Assembly (NCBI RefSeq): GCF_051105105.1
Contig: NZ_CP185339.1
Direction: 5' to 3' (one strand)
DNA from: Nannocystis pusilla
GTDB lineage: Bacteria > Myxococcota_A > Polyangia > Nannocystales > Nannocystaceae
Length of the DNA: 64,000 nucleotides
Each line of letters starts with the position of its first letter. The stretch's first letter is position 1. Of the stretch, positions 50,922-61,819 are shown one piece after another. The notes beneath the pieces were generated by a model. The model was not told the origin of the DNA. It did no database searches and saw nothing but the letters and a program-made list of their open reading frames with translations. A program made the position numbers and the translations under genes.

Positions 50922-51167
50922 GTGACTCGCCTCTACAACAAGCAGACCGGCGCCCTGATCGGACCTATCACCGACGACCAGCTGCGCGACCTCATCGATC
51001 TCCTCGTCGAGGAGAGCGCCGACGACCGCGACTACTACATCGACCGCGACACCCTCGATTACCTCGAGGAGAACCAGGTCGAGGCCGAGCTGCTCGCCCT
51101 GCTGCGCAAACACGTGCCCGAGGAGGGCGAGGGCATCGACATCGAGTGGCGCGACGAGCCCGCCTGA
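50922..51167 (+). CDS. small acidic hypothetical protein (81 aa)
   Basis: 'MTRLYNKQTGALIGPITDDQLRDLIDLL...EEGEGIDIEWRDEPA'. Its 3' end is re-copied several times downstream. Confidence 0.45.
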   Translation: MTRLYNKQTGALIGPITDDQLRDLIDLLVEESADDRDYYIDRDTLDYLEENQVEAELLALLRKHVPEEGEGIDIEWRDEPA

Positions 51168-51174
51168 CCCGTCC

Positions 51175-51500
51175 GCACTGTCGAGAGACGAGAGCATCGA
51201 CTGCGGGTCGCGCCGCTAGCGAGCGGCTCGCCTCGCTGGTCTGAGAAGGGCGAGCATATCGACTGCGAGCGGCGCCACCCGCCAGCGTGACCCGGCCCCG
51301 CTACCGAGCTGCTCGCCTCGACGCCCTGAGAAGGACGAGCGCATCGACTGCGAGTCGCGCGACTCGCTGGCGCGACCTGGCTGCCCCGAGGAGAGCGAGG
51401 GCATCGACATCGAGTGGCGAGGCTCGCAGCGCTTGCTCGCGGCGTCGAGCTGCTCGCCTCGCTGCCGAGGAGTGCGAGGTAGCGGCATCGAGTGGTGGAT
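51175..51500. repeat. degenerate tandem copies (~80-90 bp units) of the 3' end of the preceding small gene
   Basis: Successive units encode decaying versions of 'EEGEGIDIEWRDE': 'EKGEHIDCERRHP', 'EKDERIDCESRDS', 'EESEGIDIEWRGS'. Confidence 0.55.
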
Positions 51501-51900
51501 GACCCGCGTGACCGCTCGCAGTGTCTGGCCTCGCTGCCCGAGCACGTGTCCGACGCGCCTCCCCTTCGCCGGCATCGGCGCCGAGTCTTCCCGTGGCGCG
51601 CCCCCTCTCGACCCGTCCTCGCCGCGGAAGCGATCGCTGCGCTCCACCTTCGAGGGTCCTCGCGTCGCCCGCGTGAGGACCCGCCGCGCCTGCCGTCTTC
51701 ACGTCGCGATCGCGCGGCGGCCTGCGCCGACCTGACGGCCGCGTAACGGTCCGCGCACGGACGCGCTGCATCTCCCGCCGACGCCGCTCCGCGGGCGCGG
51801 CTTCGGCCGGATGGGTGGGCCCAGGGCGCACCTGCTCGCGGACGTCGGCTGCGGCGGCGCGAGTTGCCGGCCTTCGCTCGACTCTCGTACCCTCGCGAGC

Positions 51901-53835
51901 ATGCTCGCTTACAGCTTCGCTTGTCGTTCGCTGGGTCTCGTGATGCTCGCCTCGGCCCTCGCCTGTGGCCGCACCGACACTGCAGTGCTCACCGACACCG
52001 GCACCGGCACCACCGACACCGACGGCACCACGGCGGGTAGCACCACCGGCCCCGACCTGCCGACCACCACCGCGCCGACCACCGACACCGGCACGATCAG
52101 CGGCACCGAGACCGGCACCACCCTGGGGCCGACCACCGAGCCTGCCACCGACACCGCGATCACGAGCACCGACGGCACGGTCACCGACGGCACGGTCACC
52201 GACGGCACCCTCACTGACGGCACGACCACCACCTCGACCACGACTTCGACCACCACCACCACCGGCGAGACCGACAACACCACTGGCCCGCCGCCGATCT
52301 GCGGCGACGGTCAGGTCGATCCGGGCGAGGAGTGCGACGACGGCGACCTCGTCGATCTCAACGCCTGCTCCAACGCCTGCATCGCCGCCGTCTGCGGCGA
52401 CGGCATCGTCCAGGAGCTCGTCGGCGAGGAGTGCGACGACGGCAACGACATCGAGGGCGACGGCTGTTCGACCGGCTGTCGCCTCCCCGTGTGCGGCGAC
52501 GGCATCGTCCAGCTCACCGAGGAGTGCGACGACGGCAACCTCGACGACGGCGACGACTGCACCAACGCCTGCACCACCGCCGTGTGCGGCGACGGTGTCG
52601 TCCAGGTCGGCGTCGAGCCGTGCGACGACGGCAACGACCTCGACAGCGACGACTGTCTGGTCGGCTGCATCCTCGCCGAGTGCGGCGACGGCATCGTCCA
52701 CGACCTGCTCGAGGCCTGCGACGACGGCAACGACATCAACGACGACGCCTGCACCAACGAGTGCGCCCTCGCCACCTGCGGCGACGGCATCTTGCAGATG
52801 GACGAGGAGTGCGACGACGGCAACGCCCTCGACGACGACGCCTGCACCACCCTGTGCAAGCTCGCGGTGTGCGGCGACGGCTTCGTCCTCGCCGGCACCG
52901 AGGCCTGTGACGACGCCGGCAACAGCCCCGCGTGCGACAGCGACTGCACCCTCCCGCAGTGCGGCGACGCCCACCACAACCCTGAAAGCGGCGAGGCCTG
53001 CGACGACGGCGGCGACAGCCCCGCGTGCGACAGCGACTGCACCCTCGCGGTGTGCGGCGACAAGACCGTCAACGGCGCCGCCGGCGAGACCTGCGACGCC
53101 GGCACCGAGACCGCGACCTGCGACGACGACTGCACCGCGGTCGTCTGCGGCGACGAGGTCCTCAACGAGAGCGCCGGCGAGGCCTGCGATCACGGCGGCC
53201 GAACGTCCACCTGCGACCTCGACTGCACCTTCGCCGCCTGCAACGACGGCGTCATCAACAGCGCCGCCGGCGAGAACTGCGAGGACGGCAACCTCGCCGA
53301 GGGTGATGGTTGCAGCTCGAAGTGCAAGGCGCACAAGGTCGTGTTCGCCACCAGCCAGGGCTTCGACGGCAACCTCGGCGGCCTCGCCGGCGCCGACATG
53401 AAGTGCCAGGCCGCCGCCCAGGCCGCCGGCCTCCCCGGCACCTACCGCGCCTGGCTGAGCGACGACACCGGCACCCCCGTCACCCGCTTCACCAAGTCGG
53501 CCATCCCCTACGCCCGCCGCGACGGCGTCCTCGTCGCCAACAACTGGGCCGACCTCATCGACGGCAACATCGCCGCCGCCATCAACCTCTCCGAGCTCAA
53601 GACCCCGCCCGGCTCCGACGCCAACGTCTGCAGCGGCGTCTCCCAGCTCACCTTCACCAACACGATCACCAACGGCACCATGTTCGCCGACTTCACCGAT
53701 TGCCAGAACTGGACCAGCAACGCCCCCGGCTTCACCGGCGGCGGCCAGTGGAACAAGGCCGACGGCCTGTGGACGCAATTCGTCTGCCAGCAATCGTGCG
53801 CCTGGAAGAAGCCGATCTATTGCTTCATGCAATAG
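51901..53835 (+). CDS. lipoprotein with ~12 Myxococcus-type cysteine-rich repeats and a C-terminal DUF1554-like domain
   Basis: Signal/lipobox '[13 protein letters not shown]' and a Thr/Gly linker. Repeated 'CGDG.V...[10 protein letters not shown]...C' units. C-terminal '[43 protein letters not shown]' is judged DUF1554-like by eye. The ORF tool start 51811 is upstream in-frame. Confidence 0.7.
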   Translation: MLAYSFACRSLGLVMLASALACGRTDTAVLTDTGTGTTDTDGTTAGSTTGPDLPTTTAPTTDTGTISGTETGTTLGPTTEPATDTAITSTDGTVTDGTVTDGTLTDGTTTTSTTTSTTTTTGETDNTTGPPPICGDGQVDPGEECDDGDLVDLNACSNACIAAVCGDGIVQELVGEECDDGNDIEGDGCSTGCRLPVCGDGIVQLTEECDDGNLDDGDDCTNACTTAVCGDGVVQVGVEPCDDGNDLDSDDCLVGCILAECGDGIVHDLLEACDDGNDINDDACTNECALATCGDGILQMDEECDDGNALDDDACTTLCKLAVCGDGFVLAGTEACDDAGNSPACDSDCTLPQCGDAHHNPESGEACDDGGDSPACDSDCTLAVCGDKTVNGAAGETCDAGTETATCDDDCTAVVCGDEVLNESAGEACDHGGRTSTCDLDCTFAACNDGVINSAAGENCEDGNLAEGDGCSSKCKAHKVVFATSQGFDGNLGGLAGADMKCQAAAQAAGLPGTYRAWLSDDTGTPVTRFTKSAIPYARRDGVLVANNWADLIDGNIAAAINLSELKTPPGSDANVCSGVSQLTFTNTITNGTMFADFTDCQNWTSNAPGFTGGGQWNKADGLWTQFVCQQSCAWKKPIYCFMQ

Positions 53836-54228
53836 GACCCGGCCCCCTCGATCGCGCTCTGGATTCGGCCGACCCACGAGAGCCCGCGAGTCCCCAAAAC
53901 TCGCGGGCTTCGACCTGCGTCCTTGACTACGAGAAGGGACAGCTCGAGCGAGCTGGCCGCGTCGCGGCATCCCGCGACTCTCACCCGATTTCGCCTCCGC
54001 GTCGGGAGCGCCAGGTGGCACGCAATCCAGGCCCGCCCGCTCGCTTGCGCCGAGCCCGCTTCGTCACACGCTGAGCTGGCTGGAGGGCGACACGTCCTGC
54101 CCCTACTGATCGGAGCTCCCGTCGTGCCCGCTCTCCCCGCTCGCCGCAACCTCCTGGACCGCCCGCAGCGCCTCAGCTTCCTGCCGACCCTTTGGTTCTG
54201 GATCGATCGCGAGTGACAGCGCCTCCTG

Positions 54229-54776
54229 ATGCCGCTCATCGTCATGATCGCGCTGCCGCTGACGCCGCTCCTCTTCTTCCTCATGGAGTGGTTGCAGTTA
54301 CCCATGTGGACCCTGCTCCTCGCGGGGACCGTGTGGCCGCACTGGTGTGCGGCCTCGTCGAACGGCGCATCCGTGGCGAGCTCCGTCGTCGAGCGCTCGA
54401 CGCGAATTTTCACGCGCTCGCGCCGTTACCCGCGGAGCCGCCGCGGTCGAGCGAGCTCGCGTTCATCCTGCTCGCCGGTCTCGGGGCCCTCGGAAGCACC
54501 CTCGCGGTCGCTGCGGCCTGGGGCGTGGGGCCGGCGCTCTGGACCGCGCTGGGCCTGGCGGTGATGCTCGTCAGCGTCTGGGCCGTCTCGCCTCGCAGCT
54601 CGAAGCTCGCGTCCTGGGCGGCCCGGCGCTCGCCGAGCCGTCCAGCCCGCGCACCCACCCCGCCGCCCACCGGTGAGGCGCCGAGCGGAGGCTCGCTCGG
54701 CCCGATGGTTCGAGCACTGCGGCGTCAGCACGCCTCCAGGCGCACGAACCTGCCGTCAGAGGCGTTTCCCATGTGA
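54229..54776 (+). CDS. possible small membrane protein, frame uncertain/frameshifted
   Basis: ORF 54229..54564 begins with the TM 'MPLIVMIALPLTPLLFFLMEWLQLPMWTLLLAG'. The overlapping ORF 54192..54776 carries a further TM 'LAFILLAGLGALGSTLAVAAAWGVGPALWTALGLAVMLVSVWAV'. Confidence 0.25.
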
Positions 54777-54782
54777 CGGTGC

Positions 54783-55595
54783 TCAGCCGGCTTCGTCCTG
54801 GGTGAACGAGCGGCAACAGTTCGGACGGGCCTTTCCCGTCAGCGCCCAGCCGTCCGCCATGACTGTGAACGTCACCTCGTACGGCGACGAGACGTGGCAA
54901 CCGCAGAAGTTCAATCGCTGGCAGCAGTTCATCACGTGCACAGTCGCGATCGTCTCGGCGGTGTTGCCTTGGCTGTCAGCGACGGCGACAGGCGCTTCGA
55001 TCACGAACTCTGTGTCGAGCTGATGTTCGCCCCCGAGGGCATGCGAGTCGCCCAGATCGAGTCGGAGCCGCGGCGCGGCCATACCGAGCTCCTCCGTGTA
55101 CTCGGGCACGATGCATAGTGTCCCCGGCTCTTCGCCGACGTCGGCCATGTTCGCATACGCGAACGTTCCGGCGAACGGACCGAGCGGCGTGTCCCCTGCG
55201 ACCTCAGCGTTGAACCGGGCCTCGGGCGTGCAGTGCTCGTTCTCTTCGCACATGCCGACGAAGAACTCGCACACGTAGATCTTATCGCCTGACGTGCTAT
55301 TCGTGCCGGCAGTCACATCCGAGGCGGTCGTAGAGCCCGCGCTGCTCGTCGACACGGTTTGACCGATCTCGCTGCTGCTCGGCCCGCTCGTCGAAGTCGG
55401 CCCGCTCGTCGTCGTCGTCGCGCTCGTCGTCGGCGTTCCGCTCGTTGAACTCGTCCCGCTCGTCGTGCCCGCGGAGGTCGTGCCCGCGGTCGTCCCGCCT
55501 GGGCTACCCTCAGTCGTACTGGGGTCGGGCGTCTGCGGGCAGCCAGCGAGCGCGAGCGACGTGGCGAACACCCGGAGTCGCAATCTCGCGGACAC
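54783..55595 (-). CDS. lipoprotein with a Thr/Ser-rich linker (hypothetical)
   Basis: Lipobox 'LALAGC', ~90 aa of T/S/G linker and a Cys-containing C-terminal domain. Confidence 0.5.
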   Translation of the reverse strand: MSARLRLRVFATSLALAGCPQTPDPSTTEGSPGGTTAGTTSAGTTSGTSSTSGTPTTSATTTTSGPTSTSGPSSSEIGQTVSTSSAGSTTASDVTAGTNSTSGDKIYVCEFFVGMCEENEHCTPEARFNAEVAGDTPLGPFAGTFAYANMADVGEEPGTLCIVPEYTEELGMAAPRLRLDLGDSHALGGEHQLDTEFVIEAPVAVADSQGNTAETIATVHVMNCCQRLNFCGCHVSSPYEVTFTVMADGWALTGKARPNCCRSFTQDEAG

Positions 55596-55728
55596 GAGGC
55601 CATCGTACTCCGGCCCTGGTCGAGGTGCGACGCCCGCGGGCGACCTTGCCCTCGTTACGGCCGCATACCGGCCGTAGTTGCCGGCCTGCCCGCCGCGCGT
55701 CCGCCTCTGAAGATGCTAGGCTGCCCGG

Positions 55729-57030
55729 ATGTCGCCAACCCGCCATCCGGGCCCCTGCACGCTCGCCGCGCTGGCCCTGTTCGCCTGCGGCCCGACCTCC
55801 GGCAGCGACACGACCACCGACGCGAGCACGACGACCGCCACGAGCTCCTCGGAGCCGAGCGTCGGCACGACGACGACCGGCCCACCGACGACCGGTGAGC
55901 CGACCACCAGCTCCGACGCCGACACGGCCGCCGCCACGACCGTCGGCACGACGACGACCGGCGTCGACCCGGGCACCACAAGCGACACCACCACCACCAC
56001 GACCAGCGACAGCTCGACCACCGCCGACGCCGACTGCACCGTCGTCGAGTTCGTCGAGCCCGCGCTCGAGGCCGCCGTACGCCTGGCCTACGATCTACCG
56101 CCCGGGCCGATCGCCGGCGACGCGCTGACCGGCCCGGGGGGGATCGTCGTCACCGAGTTCCACCATGGCCCGATCGCCGACCTCACCGGGCTGGAGTGTG
56201 CGACCGGGGTCGTGAGTCTGACCCTGGTGGGCCACGAGGCCTTGAACGACGTCTCGCGGATCGCGGGGCTGACCCACCTCGAGTGGCTCGAGCTCTCGGA
56301 GACCGGGGTCACCGACCTCTCGCCGCTGGCGGGGCTGACGGCCCTGAAGAATCTCTACGTCGCCAACATCCCGGCGACCGACCTCAGCCCGCTCGCCGGT
56401 CTGTCCGCCCTCGAAGTTCTGAGCCTGCGAGCCTCGCCGAGCACCGACATCTCGCCCTTGCAGCACCTCGCGGCGCTCCGGCGGCTCGACCTCGGCCATA
56501 CCCTCCCCGTCGACCTCTCCCCCCTCACCGGCCTCGTCACCCTCGAGGAGCTCGACCTCGCCAACTCCGAGGTCACCGACCTCGCGCCGCTCGCCGGCCT
56601 GCCGGCGCTCGTCCGGCTCGACCTGACCCACTCTGCGGTCACCGACCTCGGGCCGCTCGCCGGCCTGCCCAAGCTCGAGCGGCTGTTCATCGCCAACACC
56701 GACGTCGCCGACCTGTCGCCCCTGACGGGCCTGCCGATCCTCTACCTGTACGCCCCGTCGTGTGCGATCAGCGACCTGAGCCCGATCGCCAGCTTCCCGA
56801 TCCCGGAAGTGATCGACCTCAGAGACAACACGATCGTCGAGGTCGACGCCCTCGCCGGCGTCGACTGGATGGTCCCCGAGAATACGTGCGCCCTGCTCCT
56901 GCTGGAGGGCAATCCGCTGTCCGCCGCGGCCAAGCAGCAGCTCTTCGACATGTGCGACGCCACCGGTGTCAGCTTCGAGGCCGGCTTCCTCCAGTGCATC
57001 ACCGACGCCTGCATCCCCCCGCCGCCCTGA
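55729..57030 (+). CDS. leucine-rich-repeat lipoprotein (internalin-like)
   Basis: Lipobox 'LALFAC' and a Thr-rich linker. About 9 LRRs of the form 'L..L.L..T.VTDLSPLAGL'. Confidence 0.75.
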   Translation: MSPTRHPGPCTLAALALFACGPTSGSDTTTDASTTTATSSSEPSVGTTTTGPPTTGEPTTSSDADTAAATTVGTTTTGVDPGTTSDTTTTTTSDSSTTADADCTVVEFVEPALEAAVRLAYDLPPGPIAGDALTGPGGIVVTEFHHGPIADLTGLECATGVVSLTLVGHEALNDVSRIAGLTHLEWLELSETGVTDLSPLAGLTALKNLYVANIPATDLSPLAGLSALEVLSLRASPSTDISPLQHLAALRRLDLGHTLPVDLSPLTGLVTLEELDLANSEVTDLAPLAGLPALVRLDLTHSAVTDLGPLAGLPKLERLFIANTDVADLSPLTGLPILYLYAPSCAISDLSPIASFPIPEVIDLRDNTIVEVDALAGVDWMVPENTCALLLLEGNPLSAAAKQQLFDMCDATGVSFEAGFLQCITDACIPPPP

Positions 57031-57056
57031 GCTGCTGTCGAACCCGGACGATCCGC

Positions 57057-57311
57057 TCAGCCCGCGGCGCCCTGTTGCAGCGCCGCGAGCACCTGCGCCT
57101 GTCGCGGCGTCGGCTGAGGCGCCGGAAGCTGCGACCTGGCCAGCAGCTCGACGGCCCACCCGTGCGCCGTCATGCCATGGCGGTCGCGCGCGGTCGGGTC
57201 GGCGCCCGCCGCGAGCAGCAGCTCGATCACCGCCACGTCGACGTCTCGCAGGATGATCTTCCTCGCCGCCTCGTGGAGCAGCGTCCTCCCGTCCGCGTCG
57301 ACCGCCTTCAC
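57057..57311 (-). CDS. small ankyrin-repeat protein (speculative)
   Basis: 'DADGRTLLHEAARK...IELLLAAGADPTARDRHGMTAHGWA' is ankyrin-like. GTG start at ~57311 is guessed; the longer ORF to 57575 has a poor N-terminus. Confidence 0.3.
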   Translation of the reverse strand: MKAVDADGRTLLHEAARKIILRDVDVAVIELLLAAGADPTARDRHGMTAHGWAVELLARSQLPAPQPTPRQAQVLAALQQGAAG

Positions 57312-57589
57312 GTCCGCTCGATGCCTGCGCTGGCAAGAGGACCCCGATCCGCGACGCCGCGATATCCCGAAGATCTCGCACGCAGCCGCGTGGGCGCCAC
57401 GCGCCAGACGGGAGTGGGCGGCTCCGGGTCGAACCACTCCAGATCCGGCTCGCACACCACGGGCAAGCAGCGCCCGAACCGCGCACGACCGCAGATTCGC
57501 GCATCCGGCGTTCGCGCTCGAAGGCCGCCGAAAAATCGACCCTCGCCTTTGCAACACTCGCCCGCGCGGCGGCATGCCGGCGGTGAACG

Positions 57590-58170
57590 ATGACCCACTC
57601 CGGAGCGACCGCCGCCCTCGCCGACATCAAGTGGCTGCAACGCCTCGCCGTCGTCCTCGCACGAGACGCCGACGACGCCGCCGACCTCGTGCAGGACACG
57701 CTCGTGACCGCATGGTCCCACCCGCCGGCCGACGGCGGCCAGCCGCTGCGCCCGTGGCTGTCGACGGTCCTTCGCAACCGTTTCCGCATGCAGCGGCGCA
57801 CGCAGGCGCGCCGCGAGCGGCGCGAGCAGGCCGGCGCGGCGACGGGGGCGACCGTCGCCGAGCCCGACCGAGAGTTGCTGCGCCTGGAGCTGCTCCGTGC
57901 GCTCCTCGCCGAGCTCGAGCGGCTCGCGCCCGAGGACCGGAAGATCCTCGTCCGCAGGTTCTTCGAGGGGGAGAGCGCGGCCGAGATCGCCCGCGGGCTC
58001 GCCATCCCCGCGGCGACCGTCCGCTCGCGCCTCCACCGCTCGCTCCAGCGCCTGCGCGCTCGCATGGACGAGCAGTTCGGGGGGCGTTCGGCCTGGTGTG
58101 CCCTGGTCCTGCCCGCGCCTCACGGCGCGTCGCCCCCATCCGCGAGCCCGAGCAGCTCCATGAGCATCAC
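57590..58170 (+). CDS. ECF (sigma-70 family) RNA polymerase sigma factor domain
   Basis: Region 2 'DAADLVQDTLVTAW' and region 4 'ILVRRFFEGESAAEIARGLAIPAATVRSRLHRSLQRLR'. No stop before the downstream membrane/periplasmic domains (same frame). Confidence 0.75.
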
Positions 58171-61082
58171 TTCGAAAGTCATCCTCGGGACGAGCCTCGG
58201 CATCGTCGGTGTAGTCGGCTGGCTCGCACTCGCGAAGCCATCCCCGGGGGGCCCTCCTTCCGCGGGGCCTACTGCCTCGCAAACGGTCCTGCAGTCTTCA
58301 GTCCAGGTACCGGCGAGGACGCCGCTCGATCCGCGCCTTGCAAATCGGGCGGCCATCTCCGGCTACGTGCGCGATCCCGAGGGGCGACCGGTCCCGGCCG
58401 CGACGGTGTGCGCGGCGTCGTCGTCGGAGGCGCTCGGCGCGACCGAGCGGCGCGCGAGGCCTTGCACGATCGCGGCGGCGGACGGCTCCTATCGCCTGGA
58501 AGGCCTGCTGGCAGCGCCGCAGCGGGTCACCGCGAGCGCGCCGCATTTCATCCCGCAGCCGCACCGGAGCGGCTCCGGGGCCCTGGCGCGCGAGCTGGTG
58601 CCGCTGCGCCTCGGGCAGGAACAGCGCGGCATCGACATCACGCTGCGGCCCGGCGGGGTCAAGCTCGTCGGGATCGTGCGCGACCTCGGCGGCGGAGAGG
58701 TCGGTGGGGCGATCGTCGAAGCGGGCGACGCGGCCGGGCGCTCGGGCGCGGACGGGAGCTTCTCGCTGTGGGTCCGCCCGGGCGAGGTGCGGGTGACGGC
58801 GACGGCGGAGGGCTATGCGGACACGCAATCCTCCGGACGCGCTCCGGGATTGACGCTCGAGATCCTCATGACACCGGAGTCGGTGCTTCTCGGCCGGGTG
58901 GTGCGCGCCGACGACGGGTCGCCGGTCGCGGGCGCCGAGGTGAGCGCGACTGGCGGCGGCGGCTGGGGTCGCCGGGGACCGGCGTTCACCGACGCGTCCG
59001 GGAACTTCAGGATCGACGCGCTGCCGCCCGGTGCTTACAAGGCGCTGGCGCTGCAGGACGAGGGTCATGGCGCTGCGGAGGCGCTGGTGGTGCTCGGCCT
59101 CGGTGAAACATCCGAGCCGGTGGAGGTTCGCATGCACCCGGCTTTCCTGGTCGAAGGGACAGTCGTGGTCGCCGGCGGGGGCACGTGCGACCGCGGCTCC
59201 GTCATCCTCTCGGACCCTCAAGGCCAGCGTCATGCGAACATCGCACCCGACGGCCAGGTGCGGCTCCCGGGGCTGCTGCCCGGGAGTTACAAGGTGGACG
59301 TACGGTGCGAAGGGTTGGTGTCGGCGCCGAGCTACCCGCCCCTGGCGATCGCCGACCGCAGCCTCCGCGAGCTACGGTGGGAGGTCCGTCCAGGCCGGAC
59401 GATCCGCGGTAGGGTCGTCGCCACGACCAGGGAGCCCGCCACTGCGATGATGGTGACGGTCAGCCCGCAGGTCGACCCGAGCCGTTCGAATGCGCAGTCG
59501 ACCAGCGGACGCGCACAGACCGACAGCGACGGACGCTTCGAAGTCTCGGGCCTGCTGCCGGGGCGCTATGCATTGCGCGTGTTCGCCGGAGATCCACCGC
59601 AGCTCCTCCCAGGGCCCGAAGTCGAGGTTCGTGAGGGGCAGGACCTCGGCGGCCTCCGCATCGAGCTTCCGGCGGCCGGCGAGCTCCGTGGCGAGGTCCG
59701 CAACGTCCACGGCCGCGCCATCCCCGGCGCGAGAGTCTTGCTTCGCGGACCGAACTACGCGCAGACGACCAGCCTCGACGACGGGAGCTTCCGCCTCTCC
59801 GGCCTCGCTGCCGGCGCGTACCAGGCGAGCGTGAGCAAGAGCTACCAGCCGATGCGCATGCACGACGCCAAGGGCGGCGAAGAGCCGCGCGTGGAGGTCG
59901 AGACCGGCGAGACCGCTGTCCTGGACCTCGTCGTCGAGGCCCCGGACGGGAGGATCTCTGGACGGGTCGTGGATGGCGACGAGGCAGCGCTCGGCAACGT
60001 CTTCGTCGAGGTCTTGCACGAGCCCGAGAAGCGGCTCGCCAGGGGCCGCCTTGCGCGACATGCGGTGGAGCATGGACCGCGGCCTGCGGCCGCGAATGAC
60101 CGACCCCGACGGAAGATTCGAGTTTGGCGACCTGCCTGAAGGGACATACACGCTCGTGGCTCACCGCCGTGGCGGCGGCGAGGGGATCCTAGGGCGCGTG
60201 GCGCTGGGCAGCGAGGTCATCGTCAAGCTGACCGCGCCGGGCTCGCTGGTCGGGCGGGTGCGCTTGCCCGGCGGCGGCGGACCGGAGCGCTTCTCGGTCG
60301 AGCTCCGCGATGTGGCGACCGGCTACCAGGTACGCGACAGCTTCTTCCGTACGGACGGAAGGTTCGCGTTCCCGCAGGTGCCTGCAGGAAAGTTCGTGGT
60401 CGCGGTCGAGGCGCCCGAAGGCGCGGGCAAGGCCGAGGTCGCGCTGGCGACGGGCGAGCGCGGACAGGTCGAGGTCGCGCTCGCGGGTCGCGTGACCGTC
60501 CGCGGCCGCGTGCTCGACCTCGACACCGGCGAGCCGGTGCCGGGCATGCGCGTGAAGTTCGGCGCGGAAGGGCAAGAGGCGTTCATCAGCTCGGCGGACC
60601 ACGTCGACGAGCGCGAGGTGTCCGACGCGGAGGGCCGGTTCGAGGTCGCCGACGTGCCTGTCGGCCATGCGACGGTGATCGTCACTGCCGGGAGCTTCGG
60701 CGCGACGAGCGACCACGAGACCATCTGGACGCGTGCGGTGATCGCGAACGATCGCGTGGTCGAGCTGGCGCCGCTCCAGGTGCCGCGGCGCCGGCTTCGG
60801 CCCGACGACGAGGCCGGCGAGCTCGGCATGACGATGCGACGAGACGATCCCACCGAGGGCGCGGAAGCGCGGCGGCCGACAGTCGCGTTCGTGCAGCCAG
60901 GCGGCCCGGCGGCGCGCGCCGGGCTGCGGGTCGGCGACGCGATCGTCGCAATCGACGGCCATGACGTCACCGGCGACCACGTGCATCGCTTCGCCTCCCT
61001 GACACGTGTGCCGGTGGGGACCGAGCTCCGCCTCGAGCTCGCGCGTGGAGCCAGCGTCACGCTCATCGCCGCACGACGATGA
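58163..61082 (+). CDS. membrane-anchored protein with multiple carboxypeptidase-regulatory-like (CarboxypepD_reg) beta-sandwich repeats and a C-terminal PDZ domain; in frame with, and possibly fused to, the upstream ECF sigma factor; frameshift ~60000-60095
   Basis: TM 'VILGTSLGIVGVVGWLAL'. Repeats 'DGSYRLEGL', 'SGNFRIDALPPGAY', 'DGRFEVSGLLPGRYALRV', 'DGSFRLSGLAAGAYQASV', 'DGRFEFGDLPEGTYTLVA'. PDZ 'GLRVGDAIVAIDGHDV'. The last ~360 aa are in the frame of ORF 59973..61082. Confidence 0.6.
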
Positions 61083-61268
61083 CTCGTCGGTCCGGCTCGA
61101 CGAGTCGACCCTCGGAGGGGCGCGTATCGGTCTTCACGGACGACCTCGAACTCGCGGAAGGAGGGCGGAGGATCGCACGGCCCTGCCAGGGCGGCAACGG
61201 CGGCTCGCCGCTTTCGCGGGCGTAAGACCGACGCAACGTCGCTCAGCGTCGCTGACCAATATGCGGAG

Positions 61269-61637
61269 TCACGGCTCGCCGCTCAGCTTCGGAGGTGCAG
61301 GTGCTCGACCTCGACGGCGAAGCCGTCGTCCCGTAGACGCGCGGCGATCTCGTTGGCGAATACGACACTGCGATGGATGCCGCTCTTGCAGCCGAACGCG
61401 ACCGAGCAGGGCTCCCCCTTTCGCGCCAGAAGCACGTGCGCGCTCGTAATAGCGCTGCAGGATCTTCTTGTTCTCCGCAGGTCCGAGCACGGCGCTGATC
61501 ACCGCGCGATCCGTCCCGACCGCGTCCTTCGGGAGCTGGTCCTGCGGGTTGTGGATCCGACTTCGCAGGTCGATGCGCATACCCGCCTCCGGGTAAGGCG
61601 GACCATATTTGAAGCCGAACGAGATGACCTTGACCAT
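61269..61637 (-). CDS. RapZ (YhbJ) C-terminal-domain-like protein, standalone, frameshifted at a G5 run near 61425
   Basis: 'MVKVISFGFKYGPP...DLRSRIHNP' and, in the shifted frame, 'CSVAFGCKSGIHRSVVFANEIAARLRDDGFAVEVEHL' match the RapZ C-terminal region. No P-loop N-domain is present. Confidence 0.45.
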   Translation of the reverse strand: MVKVISFGFKYGPPYPEAGMRIDLRSRIHNPQDQLPKDAVGTDRAVISAVLGPAENKKILQRYYERARASGAKGGALLGRVRLQERHPSQCRIRQRDRRASTGRRLRRRGRAPAPPKLSGEP

Positions 61638-61819
61638 CAGCCCTCCCTGCCGCTTCAAAATAGCAAGGATCCACCGGATCGCGCACACGTCTCGACCGAA
61701 CCGGGCCGTGTCCTGCTCCTGAGTCGTCGTCCCTCCGGCGCCCTGCGATGTCGCTCCATCGGCCTCCGCGGTCGACGCCTTCCAGATCGCTCGAGAAACG
61801 CGACGACGGCGCGACGGCT

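Noticed and set aside
57897-58163. ORF 57897..58163 as a possible anti-sigma factor
   Set aside because: It lies in an alternative frame inside the sigma factor gene. Its Ser/Arg/Pro-rich translation has no zinc-binding anti-sigma or TM features.
60128-60150. GACCTGCCTGAAGGGACATACA inside the CarboxypepD_reg repeat protein
   Set aside because: It encodes the family-typical 'GDLPEGTYTL' motif. The resemblance to the palindromic element is partial and likely fortuitous.
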